A stretch of DNA of 64,000 nucleotides from an uncultured virus (IMG/VR IMGVR_UViG_3300007516_000009). Lineage: Duplodnaviria > Heunggongvirae > Uroviricota > Caudoviricetes. How positions within the stretch are numbered: the first letter of the stretch is position 1; every line of letters begins with the position of its first letter. This document shows positions 7,538-16,647 of this stretch, piece by piece. The notes beneath the pieces were generated by a model, which did not search any database, was not told the origin of the DNA, and saw nothing but the letters and a program-made list of their open reading frames with translations. A program made the translations under genes and the position numbers. Where the stretch lies: the IMG/VR virus record IMGVR_UViG_3300007516_000009. The stretch is one strand, 5' to 3'.

Positions 7538-10057
7538 TTATGAGAAGAAGCCTTCTATTGTATTTCTCTTGTGTGTTTCCCATCCAATAGCATCAAGAAT
7601 ATTCTTCACTGGGGCTATATACGCCTTATCAAATTGTTTATCGAAATCAACGAATTTTTTGAGATCGAACTCTGGCGGGAATACAGTAGGAAACCCAATT
7701 ACGTCCTCACGGGTTGGATTCGGCAATTTCATATATGCGAACTTGATTTTGTTACCATCATAGATCATTTCATACTTGTTGCTTAGGTTTTTCTCCTCAA
7801 CCATGTTGTTATATATGATTGCGGCACGCACGTGGATAGGAACTCCTTTGGTGTATGTACGGCCATGGCGGTCATAATACTTTCCGATGTCAGAAACGCC
7901 CCGAGGAAAAGCAACATCCTCAACATCAAGCTCAAGAAATGCAGCCCGACTACCACGAATAAAATCCTGAACTGAGGATTCGTCACGAGTCATGATGAGT
8001 TCGATTGTTTCTTCAATGAGTTTCCGGCAATATGCAGGAGTTGAAGATCGGACCGACTCGATGCCGGTAACTTTGATTTTTGGCTTCGCATATTGAACAC
8101 CTTCTTTGTTCAGTATACTCGCGATGTATTTCTTCTTTCCTGTAAAAAGAACTCTATTAGCGATAAGTTCCCGTTTCATAAACATCCTTTGTTCCGGTGC
8201 ATGTACATAGTTTCTTAATTCTTCATATGCAGCCAAAATTATCGGCTCAAATCTTTCAGACGAAACCTTGTCTATAAATCTACATATTTTAAGTTGGTCA
8301 GTTTCAACGGGCATTACTTTTTTAACCAACTCGCCTAGTTTAACATACAGACTATCAGTATCAATAGCTAGCACGTAATCTACATCCACCGTATCAAGAA
8401 TTTTATTCATATATTTGTTGACTACATCCTCGGCCCACTGAATAGATACTTGGCCAGAGACTGTGATCGCCTCTGCCATTCTGTTATCGAAATATCTGAA
8501 ATGTTCGTTGGCCATAGAACCATAAAGCGAATTGAGCAATATCTTGATTGCGTGTTGCTCGTTATGGTATTTACTGATTTTGTTTTCGATAGCGCCAATA
8601 TCAGCCTGCTTGCCGTCTTCAACTATCTGTTCCATAACTAGCATTTCAGCTTTAATATTTGCTCGTTCGTTATAAAGCTTATCAATAATTTGTGGAAATA
8701 CGCCCTTAATATCGGTACGAAATAGCTGTCCAGTGGCAGTCATACACCTATTGGCGGGAATATCAAATTTCTTTTTAGCAAGCAAATTGCTCACAGAAAC
8801 TCCCGGGATACGCTCATCAACGATAGTTTCTGGTGACATATTATATTGCATAATCAAATGTGGATATAGTGAGTTCAAATCAAACGAACAGACCCAGTCG
8901 TGCATTCCCTTGTGTGGTTCTTTAATAAATGCACCCTCAATACTACCGCCAGCAGCGCGATATGGTGCCGGGCTAATAATGATGTTTTTACTAAGAAGAA
9001 CCTTATATATGAACGTATCCCAGATCTTCGTTGAGCCGTACACAGTATTATAATTTACGTTTGCCTTATATGCTAGCGTCATAGCAAGCAAAATTAGATT
9101 TTCCTTAGCATCCATACGTTCTACAAGCGATGTGTCCTTTATATTATAGTCGATAAATTTCTGTGGGTTCTTAAGATACAGTTCTGTTAGTGATGAGTAT
9201 TCTGAATAGTCGAGTTTCTTTTCTTTCAGTACAACATTAGCAATAAAATCAAGACGATATGATTCTTGGTTACCATACCCGGCCGGACCCGCAAACTTTT
9301 TAAACAGTTTGAGATAGTCGAGTTGTGTCATTCCGGAAATTTCGTAGTATTCTCCACTAAACTTATCTTCTCGACGGCGAGGAGCGATGCCGTGAATAGA
9401 GAAATGAGTTAACATATCGTCACCGAGCACCTTAGCACATCGGTTAATGAGATACGTAATATCGAAGAATTCGGAATTCCAACCGCTAATAATATCTGGA
9501 TGATTTAAAGCCCAATGGAATAGAAACTTTTTGAGTAACTCCGCTTCATCTTTACAGCGCACATATACAACCTTTCGGTCTGGAATAATAGTTTTGGTTA
9601 TATCATATACAACAGTTGACCAAACATAAAAAACTCGGTCTTGATTATTAACAAGCGTAATGGCAGTTACAGGCCACTTTGCTTCTTCTGGTTTTGGAAA
9701 CCCCTCGTCAGATTGTACCTCAATATCGGTAAACGTCACATTTACTGCATTAATGTCGAACTCACATCCAGCTGGAAACATCTCAGTAATGAACTGAGAA
9801 ACGTAATCTGTATTGCCGTGAATTGAAAAATTTGATGCTGTATGAGTTTCGATAAACTCTTTACAATCAGTCATTGAGCCCGGCTTAATCGGCGCCACAG
9901 CCAACCCAGTTAAAGTAGAATATTCGGAGTCCTTATTTGTAGGTACGAAAAGTGTTGGTTTATACCTGATTCGCTCCACAATTCGTTCTCGGCCATTACG
10001 CCCAACATACAGAATACTATTACCATATCGTTCCACAGACGTATAAAATATTGCCAT
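7538..10057 (-). CDS. 43: Family B DNA polymerase gp43
   Basis: DIEV exonuclease motif, SFDLNSLYP, KILLNSLYG, IDTDS, KKKY; no intein visible. Confidence 0.98.
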   Translation of the reverse strand: MAIFYTSVERYGNSILYVGRNGRERIVERIRYKPTLFVPTNKDSEYSTLTGLAVAPIKPGSMTDCKEFIETHTASNFSIHGNTDYVSQFITEMFPAGCEFDINAVNVTFTDIEVQSDEGFPKPEEAKWPVTAITLVNNQDRVFYVWSTVVYDITKTIIPDRKVVYVRCKDEAELLKKFLFHWALNHPDIISGWNSEFFDITYLINRCAKVLGDDMLTHFSIHGIAPRRREDKFSGEYYEISGMTQLDYLKLFKKFAGPAGYGNQESYRLDFIANVVLKEKKLDYSEYSSLTELYLKNPQKFIDYNIKDTSLVERMDAKENLILLAMTLAYKANVNYNTVYGSTKIWDTFIYKVLLSKNIIISPAPYRAAGGSIEGAFIKEPHKGMHDWVCSFDLNSLYPHLIMQYNMSPETIVDERIPGVSVSNLLAKKKFDIPANRCMTATGQLFRTDIKGVFPQIIDKLYNERANIKAEMLVMEQIVEDGKQADIGAIENKISKYHNEQHAIKILLNSLYGSMANEHFRYFDNRMAEAITVSGQVSIQWAEDVVNKYMNKILDTVDVDYVLAIDTDSLYVKLGELVKKVMPVETDQLKICRFIDKVSSERFEPIILAAYEELRNYVHAPEQRMFMKRELIANRVLFTGKKKYIASILNKEGVQYAKPKIKVTGIESVRSSTPAYCRKLIEETIELIMTRDESSVQDFIRGSRAAFLELDVEDVAFPRGVSDIGKYYDRHGRTYTKGVPIHVRAAIIYNNMVEEKNLSNKYEMIYDGNKIKFAYMKLPNPTREDVIGFPTVFPPEFDLKKFVDFDKQFDKAYIAPVKNILDAIGWETHKRNTIEGFFS

Positions 10058-10097
10058 ACTATATCCTGTTCAATTATCGGTATTGTATATATTGGTT

Positions 10098-10125
10098 GAG
10101 GGGAGAAACCGAAGCATCTCCCCTC
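10098..10125 (-). promoter_or_regulatory. Stem-loop between hsp20 and gp43 (processing site, terminator or operator)
   Basis: GAGGGGAGA-TGCTTCGGTT-TCTCCCCTC, 9-bp perfect stem with CUUCGG in the loop region; no U-tract on the minus strand. Confidence 0.5.
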
Positions 10126-10130
10126 TTTTA

Positions 10131-10595
10131 TTATTCCTGAAGAAATTCTCGTTCAGACTTCACTTCGTCTGCTTCATCTCGGATATCAACCCGGGTGGGC
10201 TTCTTCGAGTCTGGAATAATATGCTCAAGAAAAATCCTGAGCATACCGTTCATCATTGCTGCATCTTTCACAACAACGGAATCCGCAAGTGTAAATTCTC
10301 TAGTAAATGGTCGATCCGAAATTCCCTTATGAAGAATATCGAATGGGACATCACCAGAAATTTTACCACTAACTACCAACTGATTGTCAGCCAGATTAAT
10401 TTCAATGTCGGTTTTGCCGAATCCAGCGACCGCCATTTCAACTACGTACTTATTTTCAGCTAGTTTTTTGATATTGTATGGCGGATAAGTTGGAATTGTT
10501 TTTCCAACATGTTCATTCATCTGGTCAACCTGTCGCCAGAAATCATCCGCACCAAGAAAAAAAGTGTCAAATTTATGTCTATCGTATGTAAGCAT
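10131..10595 (-). CDS. hsp20: Small heat-shock protein (Hsp20/IbpA family)
   Basis: YPPYNI, EMAVAGF, LHKGIS.R.F.R.F.LA, NGML; start MLTYDR at 10595 behind AGGAGG. Confidence 0.95.
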   Translation of the reverse strand: MLTYDRHKFDTFFLGADDFWRQVDQMNEHVGKTIPTYPPYNIKKLAENKYVVEMAVAGFGKTDIEINLADNQLVVSGKISGDVPFDILHKGISDRPFTREFTLADSVVVKDAAMMNGMLRIFLEHIIPDSKKPTRVDIRDEADEVKSEREFLQE

Positions 10596-10599
10596 AGTT

Positions 10600-10651
10600 C
10601 GCCTCCTAAAAGCAAGGTTAAGTGAGTGGAACCCGAAGCATTCCACTCACT
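10600..10651 (-). promoter_or_regulatory. Structured hsp20 5' UTR, ROSE-like RNA thermometer
   Basis: 5' hairpin GTGAGTGGAA...TTCCACTCAC followed by CCTTGCT-TTT-AGGAGG (UUGCU motif opposite the Shine-Dalgarno). Confidence 0.55.
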
Positions 10652-10688
10652 ATATATACGCTAACCACACCCGGAAGACGAATATCCA

Positions 10689-10946
10689 CTACCCTGCATT
10701 AAACGAACTGCAAATCACTACGGCAGACACATAACGCTCATCTGCCTTACCTAAGCAGATCACGTCTACATCTTCAGGGCGGCACCAATCGTTGCCGCTC
10801 CACTTTTCTTCAGAGAAGTTAGATTCATTACAAAATGTGTCGGGATGAATGTTGCGTGCTTCTTCTTCACTATTAGAAATTACCACAGCACTATCGTAAG
10901 TATCATATCCTGTAGTTTTACTCTGTGACAGCAGATAAATGTTCAT
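10689..10946 (-). CDS. Hypothetical protein of a widespread phage type
   Basis: YDTYDSAVV.....EEAR.IHP...W....DV....G....VICSSFNAG pattern; AGGA RBS. Confidence 0.7.
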   Translation of the reverse strand: MNIYLLSQSKTTGYDTYDSAVVISNSEEEARNIHPDTFCNESNFSEEKWSGNDWCRPEDVDVICLGKADERYVSAVVICSSFNAG

Positions 10947-10964
10947 GCTATTTTCTTCCTTTAT

Positions 10965-11141
10965 TCAATGCTCTGTTACGAGGGTGCAGCCGTATCCATT
11001 AAGATCTTGGTTCCCATTAAGAAACCCATTGATGTCGTCTAGATCGATGTCGGAGATTTTATCGACTGTTGCGATTTCCGTGACTGCATTAACAATATCG
11101 GATGGGATATTGTCGTAGTTTTCATAATTAAACTTTTGCAT
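10965..11141 (-). CDS. Small hypothetical protein (58 aa, MQKFNYENYDNIPSDIV...)
   Basis: My translation; preceded by the TGAAACAGGAGAC leader motif. Confidence 0.6.
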   Translation of the reverse strand: MQKFNYENYDNIPSDIVNAVTEIATVDKISDIDLDDINGFLNGNQDLNGYGCTLVTEH

Positions 11142-11179
11142 GCTCTGTCTCCTGTTTCAAACGATTCTAGCAATCTCTG

Positions 11180-11503
11180 TTATTCATCACTGTCTTCTGA
11201 ATCAATACTTTTCCTCACAAATTGAAGTTTTTGATCCTTTGTCCACTCAATAAGATAATCATTGTCCTTATCAAAAAGTTCAAGCATATCATCTTCGCTC
11301 ATCTCAACAGCATCCACGATATATTCTCCCAGGTGTTCTTGGGAGAACACATCACACTCTTCAGCGCTAACTGTATCCTTAGCCCATTCAATACTATTAA
11401 CTGGGTCTTGTGGATTTTGTTTCTGTAGATCATCGCGATGCATTACATACCGCATACGATGCGATGAAATAGTAGTAACAACAACATAATCTTTATTATT
11501 CAT
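11180..11503 (-). CDS. Hypothetical protein
   Basis: Packed in the operon; ISSHRMRY and FSQEHLGE motifs resemble other T4-like phage hypotheticals. Confidence 0.65.
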   Translation of the reverse strand: MNNKDYVVVTTISSHRMRYVMHRDDLQKQNPQDPVNSIEWAKDTVSAEECDVFSQEHLGEYIVDAVEMSEDDMLELFDKDNDYLIEWTKDQKLQFVRKSIDSEDSDE

Positions 11504-11508
11504 TTATC

Positions 11509-11801
11509 TTACCATCCTGGCGCACAATAGTCGCCATCCTTTTTTATATGATTGAAGCCCGTCTAGCAAACAAAAATCTTATCTGGCAATCCTAAACTAC
11601 GTCGAAACTATCCTTCTCATCGGCTTCTCCACGAATAAAGAAGTGTCCATGTTTTTCTGGAAATGCCCTGTGAAGAATGTTCTCTAACTTCTCAATATAC
11701 TCTTTTGCCTCTTTCACAGTATCAAGTCTTGAATCCCATTGTCCAGTTTGAAACATCTGAGTAGACATATCATCCAGCCTTTCGAGTAAAGTTTTATCCA
11801 T
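11509..11801 (-). pseudogene. Hypothetical gene, probably disrupted at the 3' end
   Basis: ORF MDKTLLERL... stops at 11592, but another frame continues GLPDKIFVC*...KKDGDYCAPGW* up to the next gene. Confidence 0.35.
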
Positions 11802-11866
11802 TATTCTCAATTTCCTTAATAGATTTCTTACTGTGATCTGGAGTAACTCATAATTTTCACTCCTTG

Positions 11867-12979
11867 TTACATTCTATCTGTTCTGTGAAACGCGTACACT
11901 ACACCGAACCGAGGAATTCCGTCCGGAGTCAAATTCTGATATCTAACCGTAGCTTCCTGCCCCGCGTAAGCCGTTGCGTCTTCGAGTAACGCTTTAGTAA
12001 ATTCCTGGTTTCCTTTAATACCGGCACGGAACGTAGTTCCATCACCGAGATCAAATGTGACGCTCTTGGCATATCCCGCCCAGTTTCCCTGTCCTTCATT
12101 GATGTGAACGATTCTGTATTCGGCATCTTGAAACTCCTTCCGTTTCAATAGCGATTTAGTTCGGCCGCTTTCGTAGATCGAATTGCCATCACGAATCATC
12201 TGACCTTCCATGCCGGATTCAAGATATCCACCATATAGGCCATCAAGAGCTTCACGGGACTCTGCTTTATGTGTTGGAACTACAACGAGTGAATTATGAC
12301 ATTCGGCGAGCAACCTGCTAATTAGCTGTGTACGCTCGCCGAATGTCTCTTCAGAACTGGGCATATCATATATCCAATACTGAAGTCCTGTAGCACTCTT
12401 CGCAAGATCCTCGGCCGTGGGTTTACTCTGCTTTGCCATGCTGATAATCGTATTAAAATCATCAGCCAAAGCGCCTGCGTAAAGTTCGCCATCAAAAATG
12501 AAATCTGGATCGGCGAGAAAAAGTGGTTCAAGCGCTGCTCGAATATGGGGTGCGGATATGATCGGTTTTCCTCGCCGTGAGAACATACCCTCGGCCCGAA
12601 CGATGCACCGAACTCCATCAAGCTTCGGCTGTGAATATACCAGGCCGCTGGCGAAATCCTTAGTAGAATAGCTTTCTGGCTTAAACTTGTGAGCAAGCAT
12701 TGGTTCAAGAAACTTAGGTTTATCGATGTTCTCGATTGTTGAATGATATCCGCCCTGCTCAAGCTTTACTTTATATCGAGCAGCAACTTCAGCTTCCGCC
12801 TGAGCGGGGCCTGTAGTTCCGTTTTTCTTTCCCTCATTCTTGGGAAGTGCAACCCGCCATTCCGATACGACTTGAATGCCGTCGATCTGTCCACTAACGG
12901 TCCGATATGTATCTTCAGAGATTTCCATTCTCCAAATTTGAACAGCGCCGGAAGAAGTTCGTTTAAAAAGTATAGTCAT
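11867..12979 (-). CDS. ATP-dependent DNA ligase
   Basis: PMLA, QPKLDGVRC, FDGELY, EGQMIR, LLKRK motifs. Confidence 0.93.
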   Translation of the reverse strand: MTILFKRTSSGAVQIWRMEISEDTYRTVSGQIDGIQVVSEWRVALPKNEGKKNGTTGPAQAEAEVAARYKVKLEQGGYHSTIENIDKPKFLEPMLAHKFKPESYSTKDFASGLVYSQPKLDGVRCIVRAEGMFSRRGKPIISAPHIRAALEPLFLADPDFIFDGELYAGALADDFNTIISMAKQSKPTAEDLAKSATGLQYWIYDMPSSEETFGERTQLISRLLAECHNSLVVVPTHKAESREALDGLYGGYLESGMEGQMIRDGNSIYESGRTKSLLKRKEFQDAEYRIVHINEGQGNWAGYAKSVTFDLGDGTTFRAGIKGNQEFTKALLEDATAYAGQEATVRYQNLTPDGIPRFGVVYAFHRTDRM

Positions 12980-13518
12980 TAGAAATCATCCCCAGACTGG
13001 TTGCAGTTGAAAACATAAAGCCCATTTTCACGCCACATATTAACAACTCTGGTTCTATCATCGAAAACGATTGTTGGAGTATACCCCTGGCTGATGATAA
13101 GATCAAGCAATTCTTTTTTGATAATAGTATCATCGCGATAGTCTTTAGGCTCGCGCATATATAAATTCCCGCATTTGATATACTTTCCGTACCCCTGGCC
13201 GGGGGTGTGTAACTCGGCTAAGATTTCCCTCTGCGAATCCGTTAGCAACGGGAGATCGTCCTTAAAAAATATATTGGTGTGTTCGAAAAGCCACTGAACT
13301 GTCTGAGTACGAATTTCGGACGTGCTTTCGCGGGCGGAAACAACAAAAATGACATGCCGCTGAGCGAATAAATGCAGCGCTTGGCGGGCCGGGTAATACA
13401 CAGAATCGAGCGAAATGGTTTCATTAAAGGCACTCCAATTCTTCGGTTCCTCTTTCAGAAACGGCCGACGATGATCTGGATTCGAAAGTGTTCCATCAAT
13501 GTCGAAAATTACGGTCAT
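12979..13518 (-). CDS. HAD-family polynucleotide 3'-phosphatase (PseT C-terminal domain-like)
   Basis: FDIDGTL, VSAR, MR...DYRDD...K, FDDR..VV.MWR..GL. Confidence 0.85.
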   Translation of the reverse strand: MTVIFDIDGTLSNPDHRRPFLKEEPKNWSAFNETISLDSVYYPARQALHLFAQRHVIFVVSARESTSEIRTQTVQWLFEHTNIFFKDDLPLLTDSQREILAELHTPGQGYGKYIKCGNLYMREPKDYRDDTIIKKELLDLIISQGYTPTIVFDDRTRVVNMWRENGLYVFNCNQSGDDF

Positions 13519-13787
13519 TAATTCCTCTCTAGCAGCCTGAGTGGGCCAGGATAATTAGCGAAATTCTTGCGCTCGAATACATACGGCTTACAGTACCAAT
13601 TCAGAACTCCGTGTAGAGAATCAAATTTTAGTGGAAGTTTCTGATCATCAAGATATACCGTCCAGACGGCATAGAACTTGTTGTTGCCAGCAGGATAATT
13701 CCTACCTACTATGATGTATTCCTTATTATTGTGTTTGTCAACAATCTTATAGTTTCTCGCCTTAATCATCACAAATTCAACGGTCAT
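13518..13787 (-). CDS. Hypothetical protein
   Basis: AGGAG RBS; stop overlaps the next start. Confidence 0.55.
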   Translation of the reverse strand: MTVEFVMIKARNYKIVDKHNNKEYIIVGRNYPAGNNKFYAVWTVYLDDQKLPLKFDSLHGVLNWYCKPYVFERKNFANYPGPLRLLERN

Positions 13788-13821
13788 AATAGCTCCTATT
13801 TATGTCAAGGAAAATTTGAAT

Positions 13822-14097
13822 TTATCGAGTTACGTTTTCCGCGCCGAAGAGCTCAGTCATGATCTCGGCCGGGCCATCGAACGAGAAAACACCGCGCTCA
13901 TGGCTTGCCTTATAATCCCAAATCCCGCACTCTCTGTGGTTTGCAGAGAACCCCCAACTGAATAGAACCTTATCATCATCGTCTTCGCAATTCGGCTCGA
14001 ACCCGAGCACCGAGGCGATACGACTGGGCGTCATGTTGATGAGCGAACCCTTACGGCTATTGCCTGAGGTTGCTCTGGCGACGATATTGATACTCAT
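13822..14097 (-). CDS. Early hypothetical protein
   Basis: Directly downstream of an early promoter and TGAAACAGGAGAC leader; IWDYK motif. Confidence 0.65.
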   Translation of the reverse strand: MSINIVARATSGNSRKGSLINMTPSRIASVLGFEPNCEDDDDKVLFSWGFSANHRECGIWDYKASHERGVFSFDGPAEIMTELFGAENVTR

Positions 14098-14103
14098 GTT
14101 TAT

Positions 14104-14152
14104 GTCTCCTGTTTCAATACTATTAGTATATCACATCTGGAAACGATGTCAA
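14104..14152 (-). promoter_or_regulatory. Early promoter plus leader cassette
   Basis: TTGACA-16 bp-TATACT then TTGAAACAGGAGAC; a similar cassette lies at 63587-63635. Confidence 0.7.
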
Positions 14153-14261
14153 ATCTTTTTTAAAGAAATATATCACTTATTTTCAGCGCGATGGTCGGGC
14201 CGGGTGCTGTGCGCCGCGTATTCGACTTCAAGATTCCCCGCATCATCTCCACCACTTACAT

Positions 14262-14498
14262 CTAAATAATCCACATCGCGAAGAATACACCAATAACCGC
14301 GAAGGCCGTGAATACAATATTCCATTTGATGTTACCCATATCCTCATGCAAGCCGACCGCAGCGGTTTTTGCTTCGGTTACGGTTGTTGCGAGCGCCAAA
14401 AGTTGGACCGTAAGACGGTCTAGTTTACCATCAATACCAACCAGTCGCGGATCGAGTCGAGCCTCCACTGCTTCCAATTTAACATTGTATTCTGCCAT
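14262..14498 (-). CDS. Coiled-coil protein with C-terminal transmembrane helix, probably of bacterial origin
   Basis: GAGG RBS; heptad-like N-part and hydrophobic end; GC-richer than flanks. Confidence 0.5.
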   Translation of the reverse strand: MAEYNVKLEAVEARLDPRLVGIDGKLDRLTVQLLALATTVTEAKTAAVGLHEDMGNIKWNIVFTAFAVIGVFFAMWII

Positions 14499-14683
14499 AT
14501 CAGCCTCACTTTCTTTTTTTTTGTCTCTCTACCGCTGTTAATGATACGTCCGCGACTTTTTCCTGCGACTAGGTCTTGCTAGGCACTTAGATCGGAGTGG
14601 CTGCTGCCTGAAGAATGTACTCTAATACAATCCCAGACGAGGCTGCTTCACCTCGTTTCGCCCTTACGGGCTCGTCAGTGGGA

Positions 14684-15129
14684 TCATTGCATGTTGATCT
14701 GGTTGTGATCGTAGTTAGGGATATTGTCCGTGTTTTCGACCTTCTGGACCAGTTCAGGAACCATCGTAGCTTCTTTTGCCGATACACGGTTCATCATGAT
14801 GTTGTACGCCATCTTGGGCATACCCATCGCAATAAACATAGCTGCGGCGCGGCGGCGGTTACAATCAGCGTCGTGCCACGTACTACCCAATGATAGACCG
14901 AACGCCATAGCGGATACACCAGCAGAGGTACTGTCCATGCACGTACCGGTAGCTGCTACTAGCGCCGGCGTATGCGCCGGCGACACTGGAATTCTCGCTG
15001 CAACATCCCCAGCAATAGACGCCGAGTTTGTCGAGTCTGTCCTGGCCGTCTGTGCCAGCACCGCGGCGTAAAGACTAGAGATTAAAATTACTACAACGCA
15101 AAAATAAAAACAGACAAAGTAGTTCTCAT
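14684..15129 (-). CDS. Secreted or membrane protein with a frameshift in its signal-peptide region
   Basis: ATG 15129 (AGGTG RBS) gives MRTTLSVFIFAL*; one extra T in the run at 15100-15104 would join it to VVVILISSLYAAVLAQ...TCMDSTSAG...FGLSLG...DADCNRR. Confidence 0.5.
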
Positions 15130-15197
15130 AATAAACACCTATAGAAGAATTGAATTCTATAATATCCAACCAAGAGTGGTTTGTCAACACATATGTG

Positions 15198-15596
15198 TTA
15201 TTTTTTCTTACCGATGCTGTATTTTGTAACCAATTCCCAATCTGCTTTTTCCTTGAATGGAAGAATCTTAATTTGGCTGATTGGGGCGATTGGTTCTTCG
15301 CTTTGTTCTGGACGAACGATATCAAGCAAATCCCATTCCCTAAGCAAATTGGCAATAGAATTTCTGCGGGCTATATCTGATTCCGAGAGATTTGATGGCT
15401 TACCGTCGAGCGCAAAAAGCTCTTTAAAGTGCACGATATAATACCGGCCCTGCTTATGAAGAATGTGACAAGACTGATAAAGTATCTGGTCTTTTTTTGA
15501 TGCTACACCGATGCGCGTTAATGTTTCTCTGATCTTTAGGAAATCATCCTCAGCAAATAACTTTATCTCTAATAGTGAATTTATATCAAATATCAT
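15198..15596 (-). CDS. regA: Translational repressor RegA
   Basis: DDFLKIRETLTRIGVAS, LYQSCHILHKQGRYYIVHFKELF, LVTKYSIG. Confidence 0.97.
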   Translation of the reverse strand: MIFDINSLLEIKLFAEDDFLKIRETLTRIGVASKKDQILYQSCHILHKQGRYYIVHFKELFALDGKPSNLSESDIARRNSIANLLREWDLLDIVRPEQSEEPIAPISQIKILPFKEKADWELVTKYSIGKKK

Positions 15597-15988
15597 TTTT
15601 TCAAACCACCCTTCTCAAGCTTTTTCTTTATTGTTTCGATTTGTTGAGAAGACAAAATATCCATGATCTGATTTGCTTTTTCATAACTATAGCCGAAATA
15701 CGTGCTAACAGCTTCGAGATCATCACCATGCTCTGTCTTAGCCCATCGTGCAAAGCGCTTTTTGGGCCTAACAATATTTATATAAAAAGAGAAACACAAC
15801 TTTTTCTCGAGTTGCGGGTTAGCATTCATTTCGTTTGCTACAAAAATAGTATCTGGAAAATACGAAAACTGGCGGTTAACCATGAATGCGTTATACCCCT
15901 TCTCGGCTAACTCATCATTATCCGTCCCAGTCATAATATCTTTGCCAGTGTTTATAGCATTCACGTAATCATAAAAATTAACAGTCAT
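15593..15988 (-). CDS. 62: Clamp loader small subunit gp62
   Basis: Y..FMVNR..S...DT...ANEMN, KRF..W.K, YFGYS; synteny with gp44 and regA. Confidence 0.92.
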   Translation of the reverse strand: MTVNFYDYVNAINTGKDIMTGTDNDELAEKGYNAFMVNRQFSYFPDTIFVANEMNANPQLEKKLCFSFYINIVRPKKRFARWAKTEHGDDLEAVSTYFGYSYEKANQIMDILSSQQIETIKKKLEKGGLKK

Positions 15989-16647
15989 AATAGCGACACT
16001 ACTTTCTGAAATTCCTCAAGCGAATAATCATATACGTTAGAAAATTCTGCCGTTTTAAACTCACTAATTCCGCAATTCACCCGCGCAAAAACAGTAAACG
16101 GATGTTTTTTATATATCCGTTCGTGCTCGGAATACCATTCAGCTAATGGATAGGAATTCTCGTAAAGTGCTGTATTCAGATAGATATTATCGCTATTTTC
16201 TATGTCGAAACCAGTCATAAACACGAGACTATTATCCTGTGCAGCAATGTCGAGCGAAGTTAGTCCGGTTGACATCGGTGGTGCTGTCGGTAAGGCGATA
16301 ACTCGGTCTACTGGGTAAAGCCAGGTTACATATAGATTGTTATCTGCGCCAGAAATAATACAGCGATCCGAGTGCCGTGTGTTTTCAATGACCAGTGAGT
16401 GCCCAAACATACTTTTAATCGATTCATATTCAGCAGCTTCTTGAATGTCCCATTGGGTGAAATAGCAGATATTTCTAATAGGATAACCGGAACTGTAAAT
16501 TTCGTGTTGCATTTTAACATCGACCGCAGTAAGAAAGTCAACCGTCATATCCCGATAAATTGCATTACACCCATATGTGCTTAACTTTGATGAGTGAGGA
16601 ACCGTAAGCCTGGATTTCCCGTTACCCAATACTATTGCAGCACTCAT
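15985..16647 (-). CDS. Glycosyltransferase-like protein (GT29/MptE-like fold)
   Basis: VLGNGKSR, YGCNAIYRD..VD.L.AVD, STG, GFD motifs. Confidence 0.5.
   Translation of the reverse strand: MSAAIVLGNGKSRLTVPHSSKLSTYGCNAIYRDMTVDFLTAVDVKMQHEIYSSGYPIRNICYFTQWDIQEAAEYESIKSMFGHSLVIENTRHSDRCIISGADNNLYVTWLYPVDRVIALPTAPPMSTGLTSLDIAAQDNSLVFMTGFDIENSDNIYLNTALYENSYPLAEWYSEHERIYKKHPFTVFARVNCGISEFKTAEFSNVYDYSLEEFQKVVSLL

Noticed and set aside
15130..15355. N-terminal extension of ORF 14684-15355
   Set aside because: It overlaps regA; an RBS and ATG at 15129 explain the gene better.
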